NCBI GenBank assembly: GCA_052327205.1
Contig: CM126203.1
Coordinates: 303,428,001 to 303,492,000, forward strand
Direction of reading: 5' to 3'
DNA: 64,000 nt
Source of the DNA: Somniosus microcephalus
Lineage: Eukaryota
The position numbers and the translations under genes were made by a program. Positions 12,001-24,933 of this stretch are shown in pieces. The stretch's first letter is position 1. Each line of letters opens with the position of its first letter. Below the pieces are notes generated by a model. It saw nothing but the letters and a program-made list of their open reading frames with translations. It searched no databases and was not told the DNA's origin.

Positions 12001-13761
12001 TCACCCACTCAGTTGGCTCATCTATCTTCTGAATCACGTTCAGGCTTTCTATCCTGTCCAACTCTGCCTTCAGTTGCTTTTGAAGAGCAAACGGAACTTT
12101 TCTGCATGGATGTATGACCGTTGGCATACTTTTATCTACTTTGATCGTGTGTTCTCCTGGAAGGCAGCCTAGACCCTGAAATAGGTCGTTGTACTCTTTC
12201 ATGAGTTCATCATAGACTGTCTCTCCTTCGCTTTCCACAACGAGGACTCTCTTTACCAGGTTCAGTCTCTCACAGGCTATTAAACCTAGTATGGCTTGCA
12301 CATCCTTTGGCACCACGATTAATGCTAGCGTGTGCTCTCTGTCCTTGTGTGTCACTTTGACAATGCATCTTCCTTTCACTGGTATATTAGTACCTGAGTA
12401 TCCTGTCACTTTCACTTTTATTCCATGTATCTTTGGTCTGGGTCTAATTTTCTTAAAATCAGTCTCTGATATCACATTAACTTGTGCTCCAGTATCCAAT
12501 TTAAATGGAATGTGTATGTCATTCACTTTTAGTGTCAACATCCGTCTCTTTTTTCTTCTTTGTTTTCAGACACAACATCTACATAGAACTCCTCTATCTC
12601 GCTTTCATCTACTGCATGGACCTTGCTTTGTTGCGCTTGGTTCTTGCAGCAACGGGCATAATGGTTGTTTTTGTTGCAACTATTGCATTTTTTACCATAT
12701 GCTGGACACTTTTTTGGTGGATGCTGTATACCGCATCGACTACATGACTTTCGATTGCCCCTTTCATTTTTGTTTGCTGGCCACGCCTCTTTTTTCACAT
12801 TGGCGCTCTTTTTGTTAAACGGTTTGTGTCCGTTCTTTCTCACTGCATCCACGTTGCAGCTACTGTCACTGAACAGCTCCTTTGCCTGCAACTTCATAGT
12901 CTCTGTAGCCCTACACAGTGCTATGGCTTTTCCCAGGTCTAGATTTTGTTCTCTTAGCAGTCTTTCCCTTAGACCATTATCTGAAATACCACACACCAGT
13001 CTGTCTTTTATCAGCGAGTCTGTCAGTCCCCCAAATTCACATGTTTTGCTTCGGTTTCTCAGTTCAGTCACATACTGATCAATATTCTCTCCCGTTTTCT
13101 GTATACATGTGAAAAATCTGTGCCTCTCAAACGTCACGTTACGTTTAGGTATGCAGTAGGCCTCAAACTGTTCCATTATTTTATCTAGCTTCATTTTGTC
13201 TCCATCAGCAGCGAATGTGAAGTTATTATACACCTCCAGCGCTTCATCACCCACGACATGTAAGAACACTGACGATTTCTTTTTATCACTTTTCTCGTCA
13301 GCTCCGATTGCCGCTAAATTTCAGCCACATTACCTGTCAACTGAAGCTTCGCCGGTGGGTGTAAACCTTCCATTTTTTACTTCGTTAGCTATTCTCCAAT
13401 GGTAAGTAACGATGTTCTCTTTTGGCTTGCTAATATGTGGAGAGCTGATTTAACTTCAGATTTTTCCTCTTCATCTCTTTCAATCACTTCTGACACCATG
13501 TATTGATTTCTTTGTGGGTTCAATGACGAGACATTTATGAAAGAGAATGTCTTTTAATCTAAAGCTTGTTCAACTCTGGTTAACAGCCTTACAGGTGACA
13601 CCATGCTAGAAATCCATCTAAAACAAAACTAAAACTAAAACTGCTTGTCTCTGTCACATGCCCTCTGCTGGTCAGGCATAAGTAATCAATCAGGCAACTA
13701 TGCTGGTAAGGCATCATAATCAAACAGGCAAATACCATCACTATTTGCTGATATCATTACA
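9042..13761 (-). mobile_element. Full-length Gypsy LTR retrotransposon (Mag-like), frameshifted
   Basis: 263-bp LTRs at 9042-9304 and 13499-13761 (4 differences by eye), TSD CCCTT, PPT next to 9304. Fragments encode Gag with Cys/His knuckles, protease DTGA, RT SMDD, RNase H and integrase. Confidence 0.95.
13485..13498 (-). promoter_or_regulatory. tRNA-Leu primer-binding site
   Basis: TGGTGTCAGAAGTG immediately after the 5' LTR, complementary to the 3' end of vertebrate tRNA-Leu(CAA). Confidence 0.85.
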
Positions 13762-15549
13762 CCCTTAACCTTAGACTGTGACCCCTGGTTCTGGACTCAC
13801 CGGCCATCGGGAACATCCTTCCTGCATCTAGTCTGTCTAGTCCTGTTAAAATTTTATAAGTTTCAATGAGATCCCCTCTCATTCTTCTAAACTCCAGTGA
13901 ATATAAGCCCAATCGACCCAATCTCTCCTCATACTGTCATTCCTGCCATCCCAGGTATCAGCCTGGTGAATCTTCGCTGCACTCCCTCCATGGCAAGAAC
14001 ATCCTTCCTCAGATAAGGCGACCAAAACTGCACACAATACTCAAGGTGTGGTCTCACCAAGGCCCTGTACAACTGCAGCAAGACATCCTTGTTCCTGTAC
14101 TGGAACCCTCTCGCTACGAAGGCCAACATACCATTTGCCTTCTTAACCGCCTGCTGCACCTGCATGCTTACCTTCAGCGACTGGTGCACAAGGACAACCA
14201 GGTCTCGTTGCACTTCCCCTTCTCCCAATCTATTGCCATTCAGATAATAATCTGCCCTCCTGCTTTTGACACCAAAGTGGATAACCTCACATTTATCCAC
14301 GTTATAGTGCATCTGCCATGCTTCTGTCCAATCACCCAACCTGCCCAAATCATACTGGAGTTTCTCGGCATCCTCCTCACAGCACACACGCCCACCCAGC
14401 TTTGTGTCGTCTGCAAACTTGGAAATATTACATCTAGTTCCCTCGTCTAGATCATTAATATATATTGTGAATAGCTGGGGTCCTAGGACTGATCCCCATG
14501 GTACCCCACTAGTCACTGCCTGCCACTCGGAAAAAGACCCGTTTGTTCCAACTCTTTGTTTTCTGTCTGCCAACCAGTTCTCTATCCAAGTCAATACCTT
14601 GCCCCCAACCCCATGTGCCTTAACTTTACACGCTAATCTCTTATGTGGGACCTTATCGAATGCCTTCTGAAAGTCCAAATACACCACATCCACTGGTTCT
14701 CCCTTATCTATTTTACCAGTTACATCCTCAAAAAATTCCAGTAGATTAGTCAAGCATGATTTACCTTTTGTAAATCCATGTTGACTTTGTCCAATCCTGT
14801 CACTGTTTTCCAAGTGCTCTGCTATTACATCTTTTATAATGGACTCTAGCATTTTCCCCACTACCGATGTCAGGCTTACCGGTCTATAATTCCCCGTTTT
14901 CTCTCTACCACCTTTTTTGAATAGTGGGGTAACATTAGCTACCCTCCAATCCATGGGTACTGTTCCAGAGTCTATCAAATTTTGGAAGATGACCAGCAAT
15001 GCATCCATTATTTCTAGGGCCACTTCCTTAAGAACCGATGTTCTCACTTCCACTATCATTTGTAAAAACTGATGCACAATATTTATTTAATATCTTTGCC
15101 ATACTTTGATCCTCCACAATTATAAAAGTACTTAATATTTACTTTTATATTTTATGCTAGCCTTTCTCGTATTCTTTTAGCCCTTCTAATCCCCCTTTTC
15201 ACTTCCTTACTATACTTGCTATATTTCTCATAATTATCTTTAATATTGTTAGCTCTAATTTTATCATATATCTTTCTTTTAAATTTCAGGTTAGTTTGAA
15301 TATCTCTATTTATCCGTGGATCTCTATTATCAATGCCCTCTCCTTTTTGCTTTGTATGAATATGTTTATTTTTACTATCCATCTCCTATTTGAAGATCCA
15401 CTGACTGCTGATCTGTTGACCTGTTTTCTAACTTTTCTGCCCAGTTAACTTGGTCCAGATCCCGCATAATCTCAGTGAACTTTGCCTTTTTCCAGTCTAG
15501 CATTCTTATTTTTGAGTGGTAATACCACTGCTATATCTGCCGTAATACG

Positions 15550-15977
15550 ACATGTTCTTGCCATGGAGGGAGTGCCGCGAAGATTCACCAGACTGATACC
15601 TGGGATGGCAGGAATGACGTAGGAGGAGAGATTGGGTCGATTGGGCTTATACTCCCTGGAGTTTAGAAGAATGAGAGGGGATCTCATTGAAACTTATAAA
15701 ATTATAACAGGACTAGACAGACTAGATGCAGGAAGGATGTTCCCGATGAGGAGGAATTTCTTCACCCAGAGAGTGGTGAACTTGTGGAATGCTCTACCAC
15801 AAAAGGCAGTTGAGGCCAATTCATTAAATATATTCAAGAAGGAGTTAGATATATTTCTTAAGGCTAAAGGGATCAAGGGATATGGGGAGAAAGCAGGGAC
15901 AGGGTACTGAATTTGGATGATCAGCCATGATCTCATTAAATGGCGGAGCAGGCTCGAGGGGCTGAATGTTTCTATGT
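15550..15977 (+). mobile_element. CR1 3' fragment, same family as 8757-15035, with internal deletion
   Basis: Near-identical in opposite orientation to the 3' end of the CR1 at 8757-14000; 66 bp are missing between two GATG repeats at about 15748. Confidence 0.85.
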
Positions 15978-16389
15978 AATGATTCCTAGGGCCCTGAAAC
16001 ATGACCTGTAACTACATACAGTAGCTTCTCTGAATAGCACAGTCTTTCATACTCATGTTGAGGGCCTTGTAGATTTTCTTTTTTATCCTCCAATTGTCTT
16101 CTTTCCTCTTTTGAAGATTGTGACCTGTGTGGTGCTAGGTTCCATGAATGTCAGCAGCCCTACAGTACTTCACTGAAGTGACCACTCTTGTATTGTAAGC
16201 CTAGACAGCGAGGCCTGATTTTCGTCTGCTATACTGCCTGCAATCATGACTCAAGTTCCATAAGATCTGGTTGAATCATAATGCCCTCTGAAGTGGCCTA
16301 GCAAGACATTGAGTTGTAAAGCAACGACTACAAAAGGGAAGATTGAACAGAAGAGAAATATTGTACCTACTTAGCGGAAAAGGCCCAGG

Positions 16390-18340
16390 TATCAGATCAG
16401 GACAAGATTCGGGCAATCCCAGTATAGTTGACCCTGCAAAGTCCTCCTCACCAACATCTATGGTCTAGTGCCCTAGTTGATAGAGCTGTTATATAGACTA
16501 GACAAGCAATAGCCTGATATAACCATACTTACATAATCATATCTTTTAGCCAACATCTCAGACACCATCCCTTCGCCACTGCACAGTCTTTTGAAGACAA
16601 ATCTTGTGTTCACAGTGAGGATACCCTCAATTGTGTAGCATAGCACTAACACCATGCTAAGTGGGACAGACTAAGGACAGATCTAGTAGCCTAAAACTGG
16701 GCATCGATGAGGCACTATATGCCATCAACAACAGCAGAATCGTCTACCATCACAATTTGTAACCTCATACCCAGGCACATCTGTCATGCAATCATCATCA
16801 AGCCGGAAGCCAAATATGGTTCAATGTGGAGTGCAGAAGGGTGTGATAGAAGTAGCACCACGCATACCTTCGAATGAGGCATCACCCTCGTGAAGCTACA
16901 ACAGCTACTTGTATGCTAAACACCTAAAGCAGCAGGTTATAGACAAAGATAAGCGGTTACATAATTAATAGATCAGAGCAAAGCTCTGTAGCCCTACTAC
17001 ATTCACTTGACAATAGTGATGTACAATTAGGTGACTAACGGGAGGAGTAGGCTCCTTGAACATCCCCATACTCAACCATGATGGAGTACAGTAAGTGAGT
17101 GTAACAGCTAAGAGTTTGCAAGTGTCTTCATCCAAAAGTGCCAAGTGAATGATCCTACTTTGCCTTCTTCCAAAGTCTCCACCATCATAGATGCCAATGT
17201 CTAGCTAATTCGTTTCTCTCCACGTGACATTAAGATGTGGCTGGGTATACTTGGCACAACAAAGGATATGGGCTTTGATAACATCCCGGCTATAGTGCTG
17301 AAGACCTGTGCACCAGAATTTACCATCCCATAGCCAAGCTATTCCATTGTAGCTATGATCCTGACAGCAGGTTTGTTCTATTCACAAGAAACAAGGAAAA
17401 ACAAATGTGGCCAATTGCTACCCTATTCATCCCCTTCCAATCATCAGCAAAGTGGCGGAAGAAGTAATCAATAGTGCCATCAAGTGCCATCTACTCACCA
17501 ATAATGTTTGCCAATGCTCAGTTCAGATTCTGCTAGCAGCATTTGGCTCCTGACCTTGTCACAACCTGGTCCGGACCTGGATAAAAGTGCTGAATGCCAG
17601 AGGAGAGCTGAGAGTAGCTGCTCTTGACAGTGAGGCAGCATTTGACCGATTATGGCACCAAGGGGCCCTAGCAAAACAGGTCAGTGGGGGCCATGGAAAA
17701 ATCCTCTAGTGGCTGGAGTTATACCTCATATACAGGAAGCTAGTCATGTTTGTTGGAGGCCAATCATCGCAGCCCCAAGACATTGCTGCAGAGTTCCTGA
17801 GGAAAATGCCCTTGGCCCAACCATCTTCAGGTGCTTCATCAGTAATCTTCCCTCTGTCATCAGATTGTTGCTGGGGCTGTTCCCTAATAAGTCTACAGTG
17901 TTCAACTCCATTTGCAATTCCTTCGAAAATGTCAGTCTATAGCAAGACCTGGACAACAACCAGGATTGTGCTGACAAGTAGCAGATAAGTGCCTGGCAAT
18001 GACCATCTCCAACTAGAAAATGTCCAACTGCCTCCTTCTGACTTTCAACAACATCACAATCACTCCCACCATCAGCATTCTGGGCATAACCCTGACCAGA
18101 AGCTTAACCGGACCAGCCATATCAACACCATGGCTGCAAGAGCAGGGTAAAGACTGGATAGTCTGTGACAAGTGGCTCACCTCCTGAACCCTCAAAACTG
18201 AAGTCAGAAGTGTGAAGAAGTATTCATCACTCACCTGGTTGGATCCAGCTGCAAGAACTACTGAAGAAGTTCAACACTGTTCAGGACAGAGAAATTTGCT
18301 TGATCAATGCAACTGCCACCAAACTTAATATTAATCTCCT
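16390..18340 (+). mobile_element. Old degenerate CR1-group LINE (RT remnant)
   Basis: Eroded RT-like motifs (e.g. GCTCTTGAC...GCATTTGAC, ALD..AFD-like) with many stops; resumes briefly after 21083. Confidence 0.6.
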
Positions 18341-21066
18341 AAAAACATTTTTTCTTCCTTTCCGATGTCAAGGATCGCAAGCTTCATCAACTCTTGGACT
18401 TGGACACCAACGCCCCTCCGGAACCTTCTTCCCCTTCACTTTCCTCTGACCCCCCTTCTCCCAATCTCACCCCCTGCTGCGTTTTCACTATCCCCTCTGA
18501 CCTCCCCCTCTCTGACCCCGAACGATCAGTCCTCAGCAAAGGCCTGAGCTTCATCCCCTTACGCCCCCACCTCAATGAATTTTGAGCTCGGCATGATGTT
18601 GAGCTCTTCTTCCGCTGCCTTCATCTCCGTGCCCACTTCTCTGGCCAGGAGTCTTCCCCCCGCACGACTGACCCTTTCTCCCGCTTTCAGAATTCCTGTT
18701 CTACCTGGATCCCTCCCCCTGGCCTCTTACCCTCTCTAGATCTTTTCATCGCTAACTGCTGCCGTGACATCGGCCATCTCCATTTCTCTGCTCCCCTCAC
18801 TCACTCCAACCTACCTCCCTCTGAACTTGCAGCACTCCATTCCCTTAGATCCAACCCTGACATTGTCATTAAACTTGCTGACAAGGGTGGTGCTGTTGTT
18901 GTTTGGCGAACTGACCTCTACCTAGCGGAAGCTGAACGCCAACTCTCTGACACCTCCTCCTACCTCCACCTGGACCATGAACCCACTACCGAACATCAAA
19001 CCACCGTTTCCAAGACTGTCACTGGCCTCATCTCCTCTGGAGATCTCCCCCCCGCGGCCACCAACCTCATAGTTCCCCAACCCTGTACAGCCCGCTTCTA
19101 CCTCCTTCCCAAGATCCACAAACAGGACTGCCCTGGTAGACCCATCGTTTCAGCCTGTTCTTGCCCCACGGAACTTATCTCTTCCTATCTCGACTCTATC
19201 TTTTCTCCCCTTGTCCAGTCTCTTCCCACCTACATCCACGACACTTCGGACGCCCCCCGCCACTTTAACAGTTTCCAGTTTCCTGGCCCCAACCGCTTCC
19301 TTTTCACCATGGACGTACAATCCCTCTACACCTCCATCCCCCACCAGGATGGCCTGAGGGTGCTCCGCTTCTTCCTTGAACAGAGGCCCGACCAGTCCCC
19401 ATCCACCACTATCCTCCTCCGCCTGGCTGAACTTGTTCTCACATTGAACAACTTCTCCTTTAACTCCACTCATTTCCTCCAAATCAAAGGTGTTGCTATG
19501 GGTACCCGCATGGGTCCTAGCTATGCCTGCCTTTTCGTGGGATATGTGGAACACTCTTTGTTCCAGTCCTACTCAGGTCCCCTTCCTCACCTCTTTTTCC
19601 GATACATTGATGACTGTATCGGTGCCGTTTCCTGCTCTCGCCCTGAACTAGACAATTTCATTCACTTTGCCTCCAATTTCCACCCTTCCCTCACCTTCAC
19701 ATGGTCCATCTCTGACTCTTCCCTTCCCTTCCTCGACTTCTCCGTCTCCATCTCTGGGGATAGGTTATCGACCAATATTCAATACAAGCCCACTGACTCC
19801 CACAGCTACCTGGACTACACTTCCTCCCACCCCGCCTCCTGTAAGGACTCTATTCCATTCTCCCAGTTTCTCCGTCTCCGCCGCATCTGCTCCGACGATG
19901 CCACCTTCCACACCAGTGTTTCCGAGATGTCTTCCTTTTTCCTCAACTGAGGATTCCCCTCTACCGTGGTTGACACGGCCCGCGACCGTGTCCGTTCTAT
20001 CTCCCGCACTTCTGCCCTCACCCCTGCCCCTCCCTCCCGGAACCACGATATGGTTCCCCTTGTCCTCACCTTTCACCCCACCAGCCTCCACATTCAACGG
20101 ATCATCCTCCGCCATTTCCGCTACCTCCAAAGTGATCCCACCACCAAACGCATCTTCCCCTCCCCTCCCCTTTCAGCATTCTGTAGGGACCGCTCCCTCC
20201 GAGACACCCTAGTCCACTCCACTATCACCCCCAGCACCCCTTCCCCTTCGCCTGGCACCTTCCTGTGCAAGCGCAGGAGATGTAACACCTGCCCCTGTAC
20301 CTCCCCCCTTCCCACTGTCCAGGGCCCCAAACACCCCTTCCAGGTGAAACAGCGATTTACTTGTACTTCTTGCAATCTAGTATACTGTATTCGCTGCTCA
20401 CGATGCAGTCTCTTCTACATTGGGGAGACCAAACGCAGATTGGGTGACCGCTTTGCGTAACACCTCTGTTCAGTCCGTAAGGGTGACCCCAAGCTTCCGG
20501 TCGCCTGTCATTTTAATTCACCGCCCCATTCCCACTCGAACACATCATCCTTGGCCTCTTGCATTGTTCCACGGAAGCTCAAAGTAAACTCGAGGAACAG
20601 CACCTCATCTTCCGATTAGGCACTTTACAGCCTTCCGGACTCAATATCGAGTTCAACAATTTCAGATCATAACCTCGGCCCCTATTACATTTTTACTTAT
20701 ATTTTTTATCCACCCCTTTGTTTTGGTTTTTCCCCCCTCCCCCCTTTCCTTTTTTTTCTCTCTCCCACATGGCAGCTGTCTCTCATTCTGCCAGAACATG
20801 TCACACCTTATCTGAGCTGGCTTTTGTCTCCACTAGTCCTATCACCATCTCGTCTCGTTTTGAATACCTCTTAATGTCTCTTCACTTCTTTTGTTCTCTC
20901 CCAGCCCTGCCTTTCAATCTATTTCATTTCCTTTCCAGTTTTGAAAAAGGGTTAGACCCGAAACGTCGACTCTAATTTCTCTCCATGGATGTTGCCTGAC
21001 CTGCTGAGTTTTTCCAGCATTTTCTGTTGTTATTTCGGATTTCCAGCATCTGCAGTATTTTGCTAT
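18341..21066 (+). mobile_element. 5'-truncated Neptune-type Penelope element
   Basis: Same family as 3777-7415: RT YIDD, GIY-YIG, stop near 20672, 3' UTR. Flanked by a 17-bp TSD CTTAATATTAATCTCCT (18324-18340, 21067-21083). Confidence 0.93.
20937..20971 (+). ncRNA. Minimal type I hammerhead ribozyme (U3-A8 variant)
   Basis: AGTT-TTGAAAA-A-GGGT(TAG)ACCC-GAAA-C-GTC-GACT: stem I AGTT/GACT, stem II GGGT/ACCC, GUC cleavage triplet. Confidence 0.72.
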
Positions 21067-21139
21067 CTTAATATTAATCTCCTTCAGCACTGTGGCTACG
21101 TGAAGTCGAGCAAATGATCAAAATTCCTTCAAAAGCCCC

Positions 21140-21940
21140 ATTGAGCCTTGACACTTTGTGGGCAAAGGTAATAAGACTGGGGAAGGAAAATAAACAATGG
21201 GAATATCAACTAAATGGCCCTTGTCTACAGGACGTAACACAAGAGAGGGACCTTGTTTTTTGGTGAATAACTCAGTGAAGCTGACAGCGCCATGTGTGGC
21301 AGCAGGAAGTAACACTAATCGATCTTGAGCTGCCAGAGGAATAGTGCACACTCCCAGGAAACGATAATGAATGTGTACAAAGCACTGGTATAGTCACACC
21401 TGGTGTACTGCGTAAAACTTTAGTTGCTGTACTACTGCAAATATACCCAGGCTTTTGAGGCAATGCAGAAAAAGGCGAACTAACTGATTCCTAGGCTAAA
21501 GCATCTGAGCTATGAGGAGAGGTTGAAGATCCTGGGATTGTTTACTCAGAGAAGAGATATTATTCAAACATTCAAGATTCTTAAGAGATTAAATAAACTG
21601 AATTCTAGATAAAAGTGGAGGTTTTCCTTCCCTTTTAAATGAATGGAAGGAAAATTGGGTGGGTTCCTTTACAAGCCTGAGCTCCAACTCATCTGATTTA
21701 CTGATATTCGCTGCACCCATGCGATCCAGTGCTAGGAAAATTTCCCCTAATATGTCTGAGATTGTTACTAATTCTTTAATTAGGGAAGATGGGCTTAAAC
21801 TTAGATGTGGAAAGGTGCACAGAGAGTTTAGACTTAGCTATTTTACACAGAAGGTGGTGAATGTGTGGAGGAGACTGCCCAGGGAGGTAGTGAAGGCAGA
21901 TGTTGTCAAAAAGTTAAAGGGAGAATTGGATAGCTCTTAG
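21140..21940 (+). mobile_element. Old CR1 LINE 3' remnant
   Basis: Eroded CR1 ORF2 C-terminal motifs (SYEERL, FTQKVVNVW..LP). Confidence 0.6.
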
Positions 21941-22038
21941 AGTATGCCGTCATACCGCCTTTGAAATTGACCGTAAGTTCGGGATTTCTGTATGTGCTTG
22001 CGCAGGCGCTAAATCCCAAACGTGCAATCTGTCAAGTT

Positions 22039-22538
22039 CCGACATCAATCAAATTTTAAATTAAGCGGTGTGCATATTTATTTGACAAGTGCAGTACTTG
22101 GTTTTAAAATGCACAGAGAATACTTTGGAGTAAGTACAGTTATTTGCTGGAAGACTCCGCTGTGACTGTCAAATCCTCATTGCTGGTGAGAAGTTGGGCT
22201 AATTGCCCACCAACTGCACAGCAATTACGCTGGAAATTTTTTTATGGCTGGTGCAAACAGGTGCAGGAGCCTGTTTGCATAGCATAAGGGGAGGGGTGAT
22301 GAAAAAAATGTATTAATAAATTAATAATGAACGTATAGAAGCACGTGTATCAACCTACCAGGCAGCTGTAAAGACTTGGTTTGAGGGATGAGATGTTTTT
22401 TGCTTTTTTTAATCTTGCAGAGTCTTCCAGTAAATAACTATACTTACTCCAAAGTATTCTCTGTGCATTTTAAAACCAAGTACTGCACTTGTCAAATAAA
22501 TATTCACACCGCTTAATTTAAAATTTGATTGATGTCGG
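22039..22538. repeat. 122-bp inverted repeat with 256-bp spacer
   Basis: Arms at 22039-22160 and 22417-22538 are reverse complements with about 4 mismatches. Confidence 0.9.
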
Positions 22539-23189
22539 GCATCGGCGATTTCTGCTTCCTGATTGGCTAGTGAAAGGAACACCGCCCCATATGATCCCAG
22601 GTATGCTTATGCACAAATGTGCGTCCCTGGGATCCATGGGCAACTCCTAAGCATTTCAAAGCAAGTTTTCGTTTGGGGCCTTGTACCAGGTAAGTGCGGA
22701 TTTAGTTCAGATGTCGGCGGTGTATCCCTCAGCTACACCGCCGACCACAATTTCAGGGCCATTAGTTTTTGGGATTGGCCACATGGACTACAGGTTCTTT
22801 CCTGTCCTGCATTTACCTTTAGTCCCATGTAATCTGATGTGAATAATAGAAAATGTATGAAGTGATAACATAAGACATTGTACATTTGTTTAGGGCTGAA
22901 CAGGGAAGCAAAGCAAGATTTTGATAGACTGCAGATTAGTAGCTGGAATTATTCCCTGTGATGTCTGACCACTTGGTGGTGCCGTCACAATGTTTATTCT
23001 GTTCATTTTGGGCTTCTTTGTGTGAAAGTATAAGGGTATGTTGAAATGACAGAAAATCAATGTTAATCACAATTTAGAGAAGTTTAAGTTTAACTGCTTT
23101 GTTAACTGAATGCACTCTGGGAGTATACTGTCAAACAAATACTATGGGGTATTCTTTCAAAGTTTTGCTGCCAGCACAAATAACAGAAC

Positions 23190-23680
23190 AAACTTGTTTT
23201 ACATAGCACCTTACCACATCTTCAGGATGTTCTAAAGCACTTTACAACCAATTAAGTATTTTTTTAATGTAGTCATTGTCATGTTGGTAAACACAGCAGC
23301 CAATTTTCACATAGCAAGGTCCCGCAAACAGCAACAAAGTAAGTAAACACTTCATCTGTTTTAGTGATGAGGGAGAAAGCAAAGAAGGATCTGCAATTAT
23401 TATATTTAGATATAAAGTAGGCTGGGGGAGGCTCATGGGGAGCATAAACTCCGGCATAGGCCACTTGGGCCAAATGGCTTGTTTCTATACTGTAAATATT
23501 ATGTAATTTTGATGGAGGGATAAATATTGGCCAGGACACCAGGCAGTTTGGGCCTCTGTTTAATGCACTGTCTGAAAGAGAGCAACTCTAACAATGCAGC
23601 ACTCCACTGGAGTGGGGCTTGAACTCGTATCCATCATGACTCAGGGGCAAGAGGGTTAACCACTGAGCCAAGGCTGACAA
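23190..23680 (-). mobile_element. Degenerate DeuSINE with an inserted CR1-type tail
   Basis: Reverse complement of the SINE at 2000-2460 (AAATATTGGCCAGGACACC, CACTGAGCCAAGGCTGAC). Confidence 0.65.
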
Positions 23681-23893
23681 AGACTTCAGTAGTGGCAAAC
23701 ATTTTAGTGGGGATAGGGCTACACCGTGGGCCCATTTAAAAAAAAAACATGCTGGCTGCTAACAAGGCTCTTTGCCAGAAGTGAAGCCTTGCAAAATGAC
23801 GCCCTATATGACAGACGGGACTAGAGAAAAGTAATGGTGTTCAATCATTAAAGGAGAATGTAACTACAGTGCCCCATATCATTTCAAACTATA

Positions 23894-24145
23894 CAGGTTG
23901 AGCGTCCCAAATCCGAAGTTCCGGAATCTGGACTTGGTGACGATTGGTGACACGGGTCCAGAATCCGTAAAATGTTCTGGAATCTGGATACCCTGAGGGA
24001 GGCTTACCAAAAACCGGAAATAGCGCAACCTGGGCCCAGGCGTTTCCGGATTTCGAACACCAGAAACACGTTCCGAAGTCCGGAACAATGGGAAAAATCG
24101 GCTCGGCCTCAGCCCAAGGCTGCCAGATTCGGGACGCTCAACCTG
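23894..24145. mobile_element. pogo/Tigger-like (Tc1/mariner) MITE
   Basis: TIRs CAGGTTGAGCGTCCC / GGGACGCTCAACCTG with TA on both flanks. Confidence 0.88.
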
Positions 24146-24686
24146 TATTTATTTTTCACAAATTTGTATTTGAAGGGTTCTCTGGGGGTCTACTGCAGAA
24201 GTTTTCCTATTCCTAGTGGTCTGAATCTGATTCCTTACTCCTGGGGTACACATTAATATTTACTGCTGGTCTAGTAGTGAGGAGAACATTTTTTGTTTGT
24301 GGAGGTTCAGTTCCTCATGATCTGATGACAGTGCATTCCAAATGTGCCTCTCGTGTTCTGAAGGATTTGACTTTGATTTGACTAATCAAAGATTTGTACT
24401 TTGGGCCTTCAGGAGCTAAAAAAACTTTAAATCCCATTTCTACTGGACTGACTGCTAACTTTTTGAAAGCTGGATTGTAGAGTCATTTTCAGTTTTTTGT
24501 GTGATCATCAAAGTAAGAGATTTTAATGCTGGGAATTGCAGTACTTGCCATTTTGGGAACTAGTGTCAGCATCAAGCATTCCTAGATCAGGTGTAGCACA
24601 GTTAGGTACAAAGTAACAAAATCAGAACATGTTGGAAACCCTCAGCAGGTGAGGCAGTATCAGTAGAGAGAACAGAGCAATTAACA

Positions 24687-24933
24687 CAATAGCAAAATAC
24701 TGCGGAACAACGGAAAATGCTGGAAACGCTCAGCAGGCCAGGCAGTATCCATGGAGAGAGAAACAGAGTTAATGTTTCAGGTCTGTGACCCTTCGTCAGA
24801 ACTGGGAAAAGTTAGAGATGTAACAGGTTTTAAGCAGGTGCAGAGGCAGAGAAAGTGATGGGGGGGGGGCGGGGGTGGTGGTGGGGGTGGTGGGAAGGAA
24901 TACAAGGGATGGTCTCTGCCTGATGGAAGGCAG
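24687..24933 (-). mobile_element. Short Penelope 3'-end (pLTR) insertion nested in an older Penelope tail
   Basis: 12-bp TSD GAGCAATTAACA (24675-24686, 24934-24945); tail homologous to 20972-21066. Confidence 0.8.
24767..24803 (-). ncRNA. Minimal hammerhead ribozyme motif (canonical C3-G8 core)
   Basis: Minus strand reads AGTT-CTGACGA-A-GGGTC(ACA)GACCT-GAAA-C-ATT-AACT. Confidence 0.7.

Larger units (their letters stand above)
8757..15035 (-). mobile_element. 5'-truncated CR1/HER1-like LINE, interrupted by a Gypsy element
   Basis: RT ORF within 13929-15077 (NYRPVSLTS, LDFQKAFDKV, FADD). The 3' tail with TTCTATG-type repeats is near 8757; the sequence is continuous across the Gypsy TSD. Confidence 0.9.

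Noticed and set aside
19948-19950. In-frame TGA in the Penelope RT as possible selenocysteine
   Set aside because: The other copy has CGA (Arg) at this position, so it is CpG decay; this copy also has another premature stop
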